Below are positions 30,601-38,579 of a stretch of 64,000 nt of DNA, one piece after another (position 1 is the stretch's first letter; each line of letters opens with the position of its first letter). Location: positions 1 to 64,000 of the IMG/VR virus record IMGVR_UViG_3300032229_000759, one strand, 5' to 3'. Under the pieces are notes generated by a model. The model saw only the letters and a list, made by a program, of their open reading frames with translations, made no database searches and was not told the DNA's origin. The position numbers and the translations under genes were made by a program. The stretch comes from a virus.

Positions 30601-33600
30601 TTAGTGGATTAAAAGGTCAAGAAGTTAATACTATGCGTGCAGATTTGTTAGAAAACTTTGCACGAGCACAAGGAACAGGACTACAAAATAGTCCTATTTT
30701 TAGACAGATTATTTCTTTATTAAGACAGCCCCCAGAAGAAGATAAGCAAATTATGAAGCTGCAAGCTATGCTTGCTGTTGAACAAAAGTCATTGATAGAA
30801 GCAACAAATAATTTAAATAAAAATTTACTAGATCAACAAAGCGCTGTTTTAGCTAATGCTAATCAGGGTTTGATAAAGGCTATGGATGCTTTACGAGGAG
30901 CTTTTGAAAATGCTCAGAATAATAATGCTCAAAATGGAATAGGTAGACCCGGAAATCAGATGCCTAATCAACCACAACCTCAACAGCAACCACAGCAGCC
31001 ACGAGGCAGGAGACGGATGGTTGTAGATAACAATGGTTTTAGATGGGAAGAAGAACCAGAACCATTTCAGTTTGGTCCAAGACCAGCTGGAAGAAGTAGG
31101 GGTGGCATAGTTTATGCTAGTAGCGGCGGTTATTTGAGTAAAGGCTCGGATACAGTACCCGCTATGCTTTCTGCTGGTGAATTTGTGGTTAATCAAAAAG
31201 CCTCATCTAAAAATTTGGGATTACTACAGTTTATGAATGAGGGAGGTGTTGTTGAACGTACACACGAAGAGTGGTTAGCTTATTATCGTCAAAAACAAGA
31301 AGAAAAAATTGCTAAGGCTATGGGCTCTTCTGGTACTGAGCCACCTTCCAAAGAAGCTTATAGAGATGCAGTAATACAAGTAGGTAATGATGCGATGGCG
31401 GCTTCTCAAGAGGCTAGAGAAAAAAGAATAGCAAATATCGGATCAAATACTATTAGTACAAATAATGCAAGACTAGCAGCTAAACGAGAATTAGTAGCTG
31501 AAAATTCGGAAATGACTAATCAACAAGCAGACACATTAGACCAAAGCTTAAATAGCGTGTTTGCTAGAAAAACTCCAGGCGTAGCACAAAATGCTGAGGC
31601 AGTAAGACTGGAAATCAAACAAAGAAATGACCAAGCTATAAAAGACATCGCTTATGAACAAGATGTTGCTAAAGGAACCATGACTGATCGGGCGTTAGCA
31701 GCTTATACAGATAATCCGATCACTCAATTTGCTTCTGGTGCCGCACAAACTAGCAGATATGGGTTACAAACGGGTTTATTAAGTATAATTAAAGGAGCAT
31801 CATTAATAGCTAGGCCATCAGCTAATGATCAAGAACAAGCAGCATCAGACGCTTTTTCACAAAAATTAGATACTCTTATAGAAGCCGGTTCCGTCGGAGT
31901 TAGGGAAGGCTTAACTAGGGTTGGCGGCTCGTTTGCTGCTCTATCAGGAGATAGAGACGGCATAAATTATGCTAACGAAATGGGTCAACAAAGACAAGAA
32001 ATTGAGAAAAGATATACTGCGGGGTCTGATGCTACTACCCAGAAAGTTTATGATTATTCTAACATCGCAGCAGATACGGTTTTAGATCCTGCATCTTACA
32101 TAGGTGTTGGAGTAGGAGCTAAAGCTGTGGCAAATGCTAACAGATTAAATAAAATTAGAAAATACACAGAATCGGCTGCACAAACACAATTTGTGCCATT
32201 GGAAGGATTGCAGCAAGCAGCGAATAACTTATATAGGAGATCGAATACTCCATTTACTAATCCCTTATCATTAGCGAGTCAAAATCCTATGCGATTTGTG
32301 CCCGAAGCAGAAGCCGCTGCTGCTGCATATAGTACTAGGAATTTGGGAAAGGTGGCTGACGCCACTGTTTCTAGTAGTAAAGCGGCTCCAAAAGCTTCAT
32401 CTGCAAATTCGGTTACTCGTGGAGCAGGGGAGCCTAGATCTCTTAAAGAAGCAAATGCGGGTTTTACTAATGATCAGCTTAATGATATTGCGAAAAAATA
32501 CGGAGATCGCAGGAAATTTAATATTACAGACAGAGATTCCACTACTAAAGTCTCATCAACAAAAAAATCTAAAGAGATCAGTAATTTCTTAAATAGAGAT
32601 ATTAATGAGTTGGTCACCAGCGGAGTTGCAAGAACTGCTTCTGGCATAGCTTCAATAGCTAAAGGAACCAGCAGAGCATCCAAGATTGGTATTGGGGGTC
32701 TTTTAAAATTTGGAGCTAGAAATGCTATTCTTGGTGGTTTAACAGCAGGTAGCGCTTTTGGTTATGATTATTTGGGCGGATCAAATCCCTTTTCCGGAGG
32801 ATATTCTGCGAGAAATGAAAATGTTAGAAGCAATCAATTAAATGAAAAAAGAAATAAATTACCATATAATAAATATCGTAATCCTAAAAAGAAATATACT
32901 GGTGGATTAATATATGCTGCTGAAGGAACGTTAATTCCATACGAACCCAAAGGCACAGACACTGTTCCGGCAATGCTTACTCCTGGCGAATTTGTTATAA
33001 ACAGATCATCTACTCAAAAGCACTTGCCATTATTAAAAGCTATTAATAATAATAGTCTAGCAAACGGAGGAGTAGTATCTCCGATATATGCTCAAGACGG
33101 AATGAGAATAGGTTCTGCTGGTATAGGACCTAGAGAATCTTCTAGTCAAGATAAAGCCTTAACTTTATTGTCTGGTATATTACAAGGTATTAATCAACTT
33201 AATAAAAATCTACCAGCAGAAAAAACAAGATCAGAAGATCCCAAAAGAAGAGTATTAGGATCGTCAGTAGATGAAAACAGACGAGGACTGCCTGGTGAAA
33301 CTCCTATACAACAAGCTTTCAGAGAGGGTCGTAGCGTTAATGAAGTGAGAGGAGATAGAAAATTTGCTGCTGCTGCTGATAGACAAGAAAAGCGAGCAGG
33401 GTATGAAACTCAAAAAGCCATGAAGGCTCAAGCCTATGAAGAAAAACAGATTAGAGGCAGAATAGCATCTGGAAAAGCTAAAGATGGTGACCAGGAGAGA
33501 TTTGACGAGATAAGATTCAACGTTATGCCGGAAGAATCTAAACAAAAACAAATAAGAGATAGTTCTTTTGCTTCCCTGTCTAAAACAGACCAAGAGACAC

Positions 33601-34178
33601 TTAAGAATACCAACTCTTCGTATGCTGATAGCAGAACCAGACAGATAGATGAAAGATATTTTCCGGATATATCAAATCCTGCTGGACGAGCTACTGTTCA
33701 ACAAGGAGCAGTAGCCACAGCAACAACCCAAATAGCTTCTCCCGCTGCTGGTATGCCTAATTTTGATCAAATATTTGGACCCTTAACAACAAATGTAACA
33801 CAATTTACTCAAGCATTATCTACTGCAACTCCGTTCCTAAATCAAATAGCAACATTTGCATCTAATACTAATTTTCAAAGTCAGCAAGGCGGTGTATCTA
33901 ACAATAGAGACAATGGTGAAAGTGGCTCATTATCTTTAGACGGTATTAGCCAGTTTACTACAAAGTTTGAAGCATTTATTGGTCAACTTAAGGGACTAAA
34001 CTTACCGCCGGTCATTAATGTACAAGGTAATCATAAGGTTGAAGTGGTATTTAATGGAGCAAGTACTTTAGAAAACTTAACAACAGAATCTATACAGTCT
34101 ATGGTTTTAAGAGAAGTTAATAATGCTATGAACAAACTAAATCAAGATACTGAAGGTGCTTTAGGAGGCAAATCATAA
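24696..34178 (+). CDS. Tail tape measure protein (TP901-type core) with inserted accessory domains, 3160 aa
   Basis: FIDFDKELVRVAQV...LAQAGL...AAKFAVEASDL...ESAETIATGLRTIF core; Ala/Gln-rich helical regions; four DTVPA(M/L)L(T/S)(P/A)GEFV cassettes; hydrophobic Gly/Ala segments. Confidence 0.92.
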   Translation: MARGFDLTAEINLRGPSNIRTIVADIRRQLGTIEANVDVQINPATARNLDTLNRNFADFNRTLSTTRTSADAVSSSLRNLAQAVQAASGRSNQLPRNLQQINNAAQNLTRQNNAAERATRDLTGSFEDFGRQSALAVRRFAAFATVTGVIYKVSAAVSSAAKDFIDFDKELVRVAQVTDTSTKNLGSLVSQITQLSTTFGVASKDLIQVSSTLAQAGLSARDTEKALKALALSALAPSFDSLNETVEGSIALMRQFGIGAGDLEKALGSVNAVAAKFAVEASDLITAIQRTGGVFATASKGVSEGTDALNEFIAVFTSVRATTRESAETIATGLRTIFTRIQRGDTINALKEYGVALTDLEGKFVGPFEAVRRLSAGLNQLDPRDLKFSRIVEELGGFRQIGKVIPLIQQFATAQAALKVAQTGQDSLAKDTTIAQQALARQISKVKEEFIGLIRSIGQSEGFQTIVKLSLDLTSNLIKMADAAKGALPAIAAIMAFRGASALNQYGIGFLGGIRGRPARPQGANSGGYIRGYASGGHVPGTGNSDTVPAMLTPGEFVIRKKAVETIGASNLQRLNKYSGGGRVKFKGGGFASAPMVDDIATNAPGSVLPNRVALEQILQTGYGALDFDRTLKRTIGDTAYGKAKTSQQKDAVLDRYFRNPKARLADATSGSITSFGKQLLDAIKTGKVDPSKLSVISKSRRAPGLAEHIQELFGIPKNNMIFTGGGSKEPALEALRQKGPRASRVFKSLGGIVQKFKNAGEVKKPPKALGSKLALILGKIDRKEMGLSSADLVSGVTKDEWSKASDDVKNKWIQLAAAKQNRLSGAKQAKKTKKENKEKNVIETGEPFGLVALYGGRGTAAKEGLDKNKTPLSISFGSLDPKFAGKYESIMVGDFKKTINKIGSSMARRIGSTPETDPSIITKILKKAGIETAVGSLLESSIAIAGAPFNDANIKQNAAIDFPSGLGPIASLFGVPPNIPTDATRNIKGKGIPRFVGQISRYLDKKNSLQQAIANAVPIGSENAISAASVRRKNLGGSIAKFANGGSSEDTVPALLTPGEFVINKKAAQQIGASKLHQLNRADKVQGFNKGGAVGYVQKLANGGDVEARIQRYMMLFEGFLDNITDSTYRANRSAGANPAQALNNSRRVAGREFADASSVVIRNAGSRSDRMAAAEASSRVISQYMQRAATSAENVSRSSSLSQRAFQAIQNSTSRVRGFFTRSSVANTPAANTPAANGADANTGSRFNLQNFGLSLAFIGPAIGDAIVNALGTDKVQNRGYSSAITGVTSSLAIGAQFGPMGAFAGAMLGAVSAVDNFNKGVAEAEIELSKLKIDKEADTAEKNIEKLLRQPNNAAANQNILASLRNIGLEESKNIENENLKRQPGVISNTLDSYFGKNSLERLTLGFYKNSNLSSQDIAEQEASQNRMGSDIARKALTTKIEKGFTFDQALSSFGTSGAAAIRSNILEADKEYRQKSAELNEQAKTDPKIAVNLAERQKALADKYFLLSTEAERALSADKQRIAASQKLAKTLELASVSITQTFENMNQALSRAKFEFDAVAQRSDELLNNQTSPNISFRSRNILDNPNAYSAAERQGAVRQVSGMFGQDSKFVEAFYNFGDNIENTIRNIAVQAQKTGNNENISDKIVNELTRQMIPIFGDNRITDTVRQQLKGAIAQQSKDNPGGEIDPQKLLDIEGFRQIIEYSKASFNTLKNQFETLGEIMNSYGQQVEKAAAIQQQIQDNLVGLQSGLINTSFRLKEIFGRDVDINARLGANRLESATRFGINPREMDSNTLMSRRQLLMANREEIQAKLQQATTTQALNIRGISVLQTSLIKLDREIKNVDGALGSLPGVIEKNINDILGEIQRINSERENRLQAGVGFAEKLVGSTPEELADLNDTYSVLNRTLNGNLVTINQSTAAQRAYFETINRGGSPVEAMSAAQQAFAAQTQKALGMFNDLVQISGLKGQEVNTMRADLLENFARAQGTGLQNSPIFRQIISLLRQPPEEDKQIMKLQAMLAVEQKSLIEATNNLNKNLLDQQSAVLANANQGLIKAMDALRGAFENAQNNNAQNGIGRPGNQMPNQPQPQQQPQQPRGRRRMVVDNNGFRWEEEPEPFQFGPRPAGRSRGGIVYASSGGYLSKGSDTVPAMLSAGEFVVNQKASSKNLGLLQFMNEGGVVERTHEEWLAYYRQKQEEKIAKAMGSSGTEPPSKEAYRDAVIQVGNDAMAASQEAREKRIANIGSNTISTNNARLAAKRELVAENSEMTNQQADTLDQSLNSVFARKTPGVAQNAEAVRLEIKQRNDQAIKDIAYEQDVAKGTMTDRALAAYTDNPITQFASGAAQTSRYGLQTGLLSIIKGASLIARPSANDQEQAASDAFSQKLDTLIEAGSVGVREGLTRVGGSFAALSGDRDGINYANEMGQQRQEIEKRYTAGSDATTQKVYDYSNIAADTVLDPASYIGVGVGAKAVANANRLNKIRKYTESAAQTQFVPLEGLQQAANNLYRRSNTPFTNPLSLASQNPMRFVPEAEAAAAAYSTRNLGKVADATVSSSKAAPKASSANSVTRGAGEPRSLKEANAGFTNDQLNDIAKKYGDRRKFNITDRDSTTKVSSTKKSKEISNFLNRDINELVTSGVARTASGIASIAKGTSRASKIGIGGLLKFGARNAILGGLTAGSAFGYDYLGGSNPFSGGYSARNENVRSNQLNEKRNKLPYNKYRNPKKKYTGGLIYAAEGTLIPYEPKGTDTVPAMLTPGEFVINRSSTQKHLPLLKAINNNSLANGGVVSPIYAQDGMRIGSAGIGPRESSSQDKALTLLSGILQGINQLNKNLPAEKTRSEDPKRRVLGSSVDENRRGLPGETPIQQAFREGRSVNEVRGDRKFAAAADRQEKRAGYETQKAMKAQAYEEKQIRGRIASGKAKDGDQERFDEIRFNVMPEESKQKQIRDSSFASLSKTDQETLKNTNSSYADSRTRQIDERYFPDISNPAGRATVQQGAVATATTQIASPAAGMPNFDQIFGPLTTNVTQFTQALSTATPFLNQIATFASNTNFQSQQGGVSNNRDNGESGSLSLDGISQFTTKFEAFIGQLKGLNLPPVINVQGNHKVEVVFNGASTLENLTTESIQSMVLREVNNAMNKLNQDTEGALGGKS
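26331..32999 (+). repeat. Four dispersed DTVPAxLxxGEFV cassettes within the TMP (about 26331, 27846, 31149, 32958)
   Basis: Directly visible in the translation, each flanked by (F/Y)AxGG-like motifs. Confidence 0.95.
28377..28412 (+). repeat. 15-bp tandem repeat GCTAATACTCCGGCA x2 plus partial (ANTPA repeats) in TMP
   Basis: Exact duplication at 28377-28391 and 28392-28406. Confidence 0.9.
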
Positions 34179-37100
34179 TGTCAATGTCAGAAAGAATTTC
34201 CGGGGTTTTATATGTTGGTTCTGGTTTAATACCAGATATTACTTTGTCTAACACAACTGGCATTAACACTAGTTTTAACACCAACAAAGCCAATATAGAT
34301 TTTGCTGTTTATGGCACAGGCAATGGGTCTCTTTATTTTGATGCTTCTACAGGCAGACTAGGCGTAGGCACCGGACTACCGGACGCTATATTACACGTAG
34401 TGGCTCCGTGTGCTAAAGATGGACTTATTGTAGAAAGTGTTACTAATTGTCCTACTGGAGTAACTCTTTTACTAGTTCATAACCCACAAACCCCGCCCCA
34501 AACAGGCAGCTATCCTGCTATTATTAATTTAGCTGGTAGAGACACCAACTATCAAGAAATATACTATGGACAAATTATGTCCAAGATATTAGATCCTGTT
34601 ACCGGCTTTACCAGTGGCGAAATGATTTTTACTGTAGATGACAAGGGAGTAAATAAGCCAGTATTCCAAGCCAGTCTATTTAATACCATATTAGGTGGTA
34701 ATTCTACCGGTTCTGGTTTTAATTATACTCTCATAGGTAGCAATATCAAAGCAACCGGACATAACCTCATTAGTATTGGTGTTCAAAATACTGGACTTTA
34801 TACTAGTGGTATTGTTGTAGGTAATTATAATCGTGTTAATGGCGCCCAAACACTAGCTCTAGTTAATTTGTCTAATGTAATTGGTGCTAATAATACTACT
34901 ATCGGTGAGCTACTATATGTTAGTGGTACTCAAAATACTGTTGTGGGTCGTAATGTTGATGTTTCGGGTTCTTCAAATATATTATTGGGCAACAACAACG
35001 ATCTAGTATCTTCTGCTACCGTAGGACTCACACAACTATCGTCTATATCTGGACTATCAGGGATTGTTTTAGGTGTCGGTGCCACAAATGCTGGCCATAA
35101 CAATATTTATATAGGCAACGCTACTACTATTAGTGGTTCTAATAATAGTTTAATAGGATCGTTTGTTTCTCTAACCGGCAACACCAATATTGTTCACGGC
35201 AACAATGAAAATATTATAGGTTCTAAATTAATTTGCGTAGGTTCAGATCAAAATATAATTAATGTTAATAGTGGTTTAATCATAGGTAATAATGTTAACT
35301 TATTAGATTCTTATAATACTATATTAGTTGGCATGGGTAATAATACCAGAGAGGGCCTAGAAGAAAGTATTATTATCGGTATCAATAATAATTTGGCAAG
35401 CGGCACACCAACCAAGTTACTTTTGGTGGGACAAAACAATGTTACTAGAGATATTATTACCTCTTTGATCGTCGGCAACGCGAATAATGCTAGCGGCTCT
35501 ATAACCAACAGCTGTATCATAGGAGATACCAATGCTGTTCCACCCACTAGTAATAATAACTTAGTTTTAGGAGTTCTTAATAACCAAACAGGAGTTTATG
35601 TAGATTCTGTTGGGTCTATAAGTGGAACACCTCGTCGCACCACTGGTTCTATTAATAATTCTATATCTGCTGGTATTAATAATGTTATATATGGTGGTAA
35701 TACTGATACAATAGTAGGTAACAAAAATGCTATTTCTGGTTCTAATGTTAATATTATTGGATCGTATAATAATGTTAAAAATGCGTCTAATTCTTATGGT
35801 ATAGGTAATTCTAACTTTTTAATCGGAGATAGAATCGGTACTGTTGGTAGTAAAACCACAGTCATTGGAAGAGAATCTGTAGTTTTCAATACAGCAGATA
35901 AAAAAGTAGATGTTTTTGGTAGTGGTAATATTGTTATTGGTTATAATCAAGTGGTGTCTAGCGGCATAGCTATTGGTACATCCAATAGATTAGACGGAGT
36001 TAATAATATAGTATATGGACGTAATAATGCTTTGGGTTCTACTCGTAATCAATTTTATACCACAGACAATACCGGCGCTAATATTATTATTCCTAGTATC
36101 GGAATATTAAATAAATATATAGAAGGAGATCAGATTCTCGTTTGCTTACAGAATCCTCCGTCATTAGCAAATACTTTTGTCAGAGAAATATCAAACGTGG
36201 TAGAAAATACTATAGATAATACTACCACTATTACTGTTACTATACCTATGGCTATAGACTCATCCAACGGGTTCTATAGTATCAATAATACTTTCGACGA
36301 TAATAACCAGCCGATTACTACTGTTAGCGGATTAGTTATGCCATATCAAAGCCAGGGTGGCGCTGGCGGCGTTGAAACAGACCCCGTTTACGGTTCGCAC
36401 AACACCATTATAGGCAACAACAATTCTTATCTATTTAGTAGTGGTGTCATTATAGGAAATAATAATACTATATCTGGAGTTAAGAATTTAGTGCTTGGTT
36501 ACAATATCACAGGTATAGCCGACCACACTGTTTATATTGGTTCAAGCAATGACAATAAGATCATACTAAATGATTCTGCTCTAATAATTAATTCTGGACA
36601 AGCACAAAATAATTTTATTGTCAAGTCTTCTAATAATAATGTTTCAATTATTAATGCCACACTAAATAATAATAGAGTCGGCATCAACACAGACAGCCCC
36701 ACTTCTGCACTATCAGTGAGTGGTTTAATAACCACTAGCGGATTTAGAATGGGTTTTGCCGCACCAGATCAATATGTTTTAGCAACAGATATTAATGGTG
36801 TGGGATCTTGGCAGTTGCCTGTAAGAATTTCTGGAGCAGACGGAGGCTTATTATATAGAGTTAATGATAAAGTAGCCAGCGGTTTAAATAATGTTATTTA
36901 TACTCCGTCTACTAATCAGATTAATTTTAATTTAGGCGGTAATAATGGTTTTTATATTACATCTAGTGGTTTATTTGTTAATGATGATGCTTCGAACTAT
37001 AGATTCAGAATTAGAGGTAGTGGCGGCGTAGATTTTGCTCGCACATTATTTGATACAAACTTTAGTCAAAACAGATTAGACATCTTTAATATCGCTGGTA

Positions 37101-38545
37101 ATTCTGGTAATTTTTCTGGATTAACCGTTTCGAATTTTGTTAATCTACCAACAGGATTAACTGGCACATACTTGTTTGTAAATAACAGTGGTAGACTTAG
37201 TACAGCGGTTACTCCGGCTAATAGTATTTTGTTTGCTAATGAAGGATTATCAACAACCGGTAATACTAGTTTAAGGTGGGTTAACTCTCAAAGAGTTATG
37301 GCCATGGGTGCGACAGGTATTGTTTCCTATGATTCTTTATCTACGTCAACATTTGATGCATTATATAATATTATTTTAAGCTCTAATCCACAAATAGATA
37401 CAACATTTAATAATCTTGGTTTGGGTGGAAGATTTTCTGTGTTACGATCTGGCACATCACCCGCTGCTACTCGCGCAGGTTTTCATATATTACCAACAGG
37501 TTCTGTTGCTGTTAACGCAGAATTAAATGATGCACTAAGCAGAAATACCAATGGAGTAGCTCTATATGTAAATGGCAGATCATGGTCTAGAAGCTTAAGA
37601 ATCGGAGACGGAGCGGGTTCTGTTGCATCTGGTTTATATCTTAGAACAGATGGGGATGGTAATTTAATTCCTAGTCTTTTGGATATCAAAACCCAGATGA
37701 GTGGTTACTCTAGTGATGACGTTGGCTTCCCCAGTTATCCTATTAACGTATATTCTACCCCGCAGGGCGGCTCCAATTTCTTGGTAGACATTTCTTTTAC
37801 AAAAAGAAAAAGCGATGGCACAGACTTAAGTACGCTAGATGATGGTACTTATGTTGTGTGGGACGGAGATTCATGGAACAGTTCTAGATTCTTAAAGGCT
37901 TATCAATCCACTAGAACTGCTAATGATTTACAAACATCTAAAGGTATAGAGTTTGGTTACAAGTCTTTATGTACAAGGACTAACCATAATCATACATATG
38001 CCGCAGGCTCATTTAAGCCCACAGACGATTTTTATGATGGTTCTTCACAATATGCTAGGTACTATTTGAGAACACGCACTACAGACGGATCTCAAATTAG
38101 GCCATTGGTAACCAATTGGTCTAAGGATTCTATAAATGTTGTAGAAACATCAAATAATTGTATTAATTTAGGTAATTTTTCAGATTTTACTAATACTGAA
38201 TATGATAGAGTATGGACTTATAGAATTGAAGCTTCGGTTCTATGGCAAGCCGGTTCTACTCAAACGCCTAATCCTAACGCTACCAGAAATGGAGGAGGAT
38301 TTGTTATCGAAGGTTCTTTGATAAGAACAGCAAGTGGTATTAAATTTACTAAACTTGGTACAGAAACTCTTAGATATTATGGTGAGGCTATGCCGAATGG
38401 TATGGGAATGGGTACGGCGATAAATACTACAGACTCTCCAAGATTAACTATTCAGGCTAGTGGCGCAGTCGGATATACAGCCCTTTGGTCTGCTACAGCT
38501 TTTGTTACTCAAATTAATCATCCGGGCGGAGCTACATTATATTAA
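34178..38545 (+). CDS. Tail fibre/spike protein with long YadA-like beta-roll repeats (1455 aa)
   Basis: Dozens of hhGxxN repeats; GRLGVGTGLPDAILHV and RVGINTDSPTSALSVSG fibre motifs. Confidence 0.75.
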   Translation: MSMSERISGVLYVGSGLIPDITLSNTTGINTSFNTNKANIDFAVYGTGNGSLYFDASTGRLGVGTGLPDAILHVVAPCAKDGLIVESVTNCPTGVTLLLVHNPQTPPQTGSYPAIINLAGRDTNYQEIYYGQIMSKILDPVTGFTSGEMIFTVDDKGVNKPVFQASLFNTILGGNSTGSGFNYTLIGSNIKATGHNLISIGVQNTGLYTSGIVVGNYNRVNGAQTLALVNLSNVIGANNTTIGELLYVSGTQNTVVGRNVDVSGSSNILLGNNNDLVSSATVGLTQLSSISGLSGIVLGVGATNAGHNNIYIGNATTISGSNNSLIGSFVSLTGNTNIVHGNNENIIGSKLICVGSDQNIINVNSGLIIGNNVNLLDSYNTILVGMGNNTREGLEESIIIGINNNLASGTPTKLLLVGQNNVTRDIITSLIVGNANNASGSITNSCIIGDTNAVPPTSNNNLVLGVLNNQTGVYVDSVGSISGTPRRTTGSINNSISAGINNVIYGGNTDTIVGNKNAISGSNVNIIGSYNNVKNASNSYGIGNSNFLIGDRIGTVGSKTTVIGRESVVFNTADKKVDVFGSGNIVIGYNQVVSSGIAIGTSNRLDGVNNIVYGRNNALGSTRNQFYTTDNTGANIIIPSIGILNKYIEGDQILVCLQNPPSLANTFVREISNVVENTIDNTTTITVTIPMAIDSSNGFYSINNTFDDNNQPITTVSGLVMPYQSQGGAGGVETDPVYGSHNTIIGNNNSYLFSSGVIIGNNNTISGVKNLVLGYNITGIADHTVYIGSSNDNKIILNDSALIINSGQAQNNFIVKSSNNNVSIINATLNNNRVGINTDSPTSALSVSGLITTSGFRMGFAAPDQYVLATDINGVGSWQLPVRISGADGGLLYRVNDKVASGLNNVIYTPSTNQINFNLGGNNGFYITSSGLFVNDDASNYRFRIRGSGGVDFARTLFDTNFSQNRLDIFNIAGNSGNFSGLTVSNFVNLPTGLTGTYLFVNNSGRLSTAVTPANSILFANEGLSTTGNTSLRWVNSQRVMAMGATGIVSYDSLSTSTFDALYNIILSSNPQIDTTFNNLGLGGRFSVLRSGTSPAATRAGFHILPTGSVAVNAELNDALSRNTNGVALYVNGRSWSRSLRIGDGAGSVASGLYLRTDGDGNLIPSLLDIKTQMSGYSSDDVGFPSYPINVYSTPQGGSNFLVDISFTKRKSDGTDLSTLDDGTYVVWDGDSWNSSRFLKAYQSTRTANDLQTSKGIEFGYKSLCTRTNHNHTYAAGSFKPTDDFYDGSSQYARYYLRTRTTDGSQIRPLVTNWSKDSINVVETSNNCINLGNFSDFTNTEYDRVWTYRIEASVLWQAGSTQTPNPNATRNGGGFVIEGSLIRTASGIKFTKLGTETLRYYGEAMPNGMGMGTAINTTDSPRLTIQASGAVGYTALWSATAFVTQINHPGGATLY

Positions 38546-38579
38546 GTTTTTAGAATATAGGATAATTTAGGATAAACAT

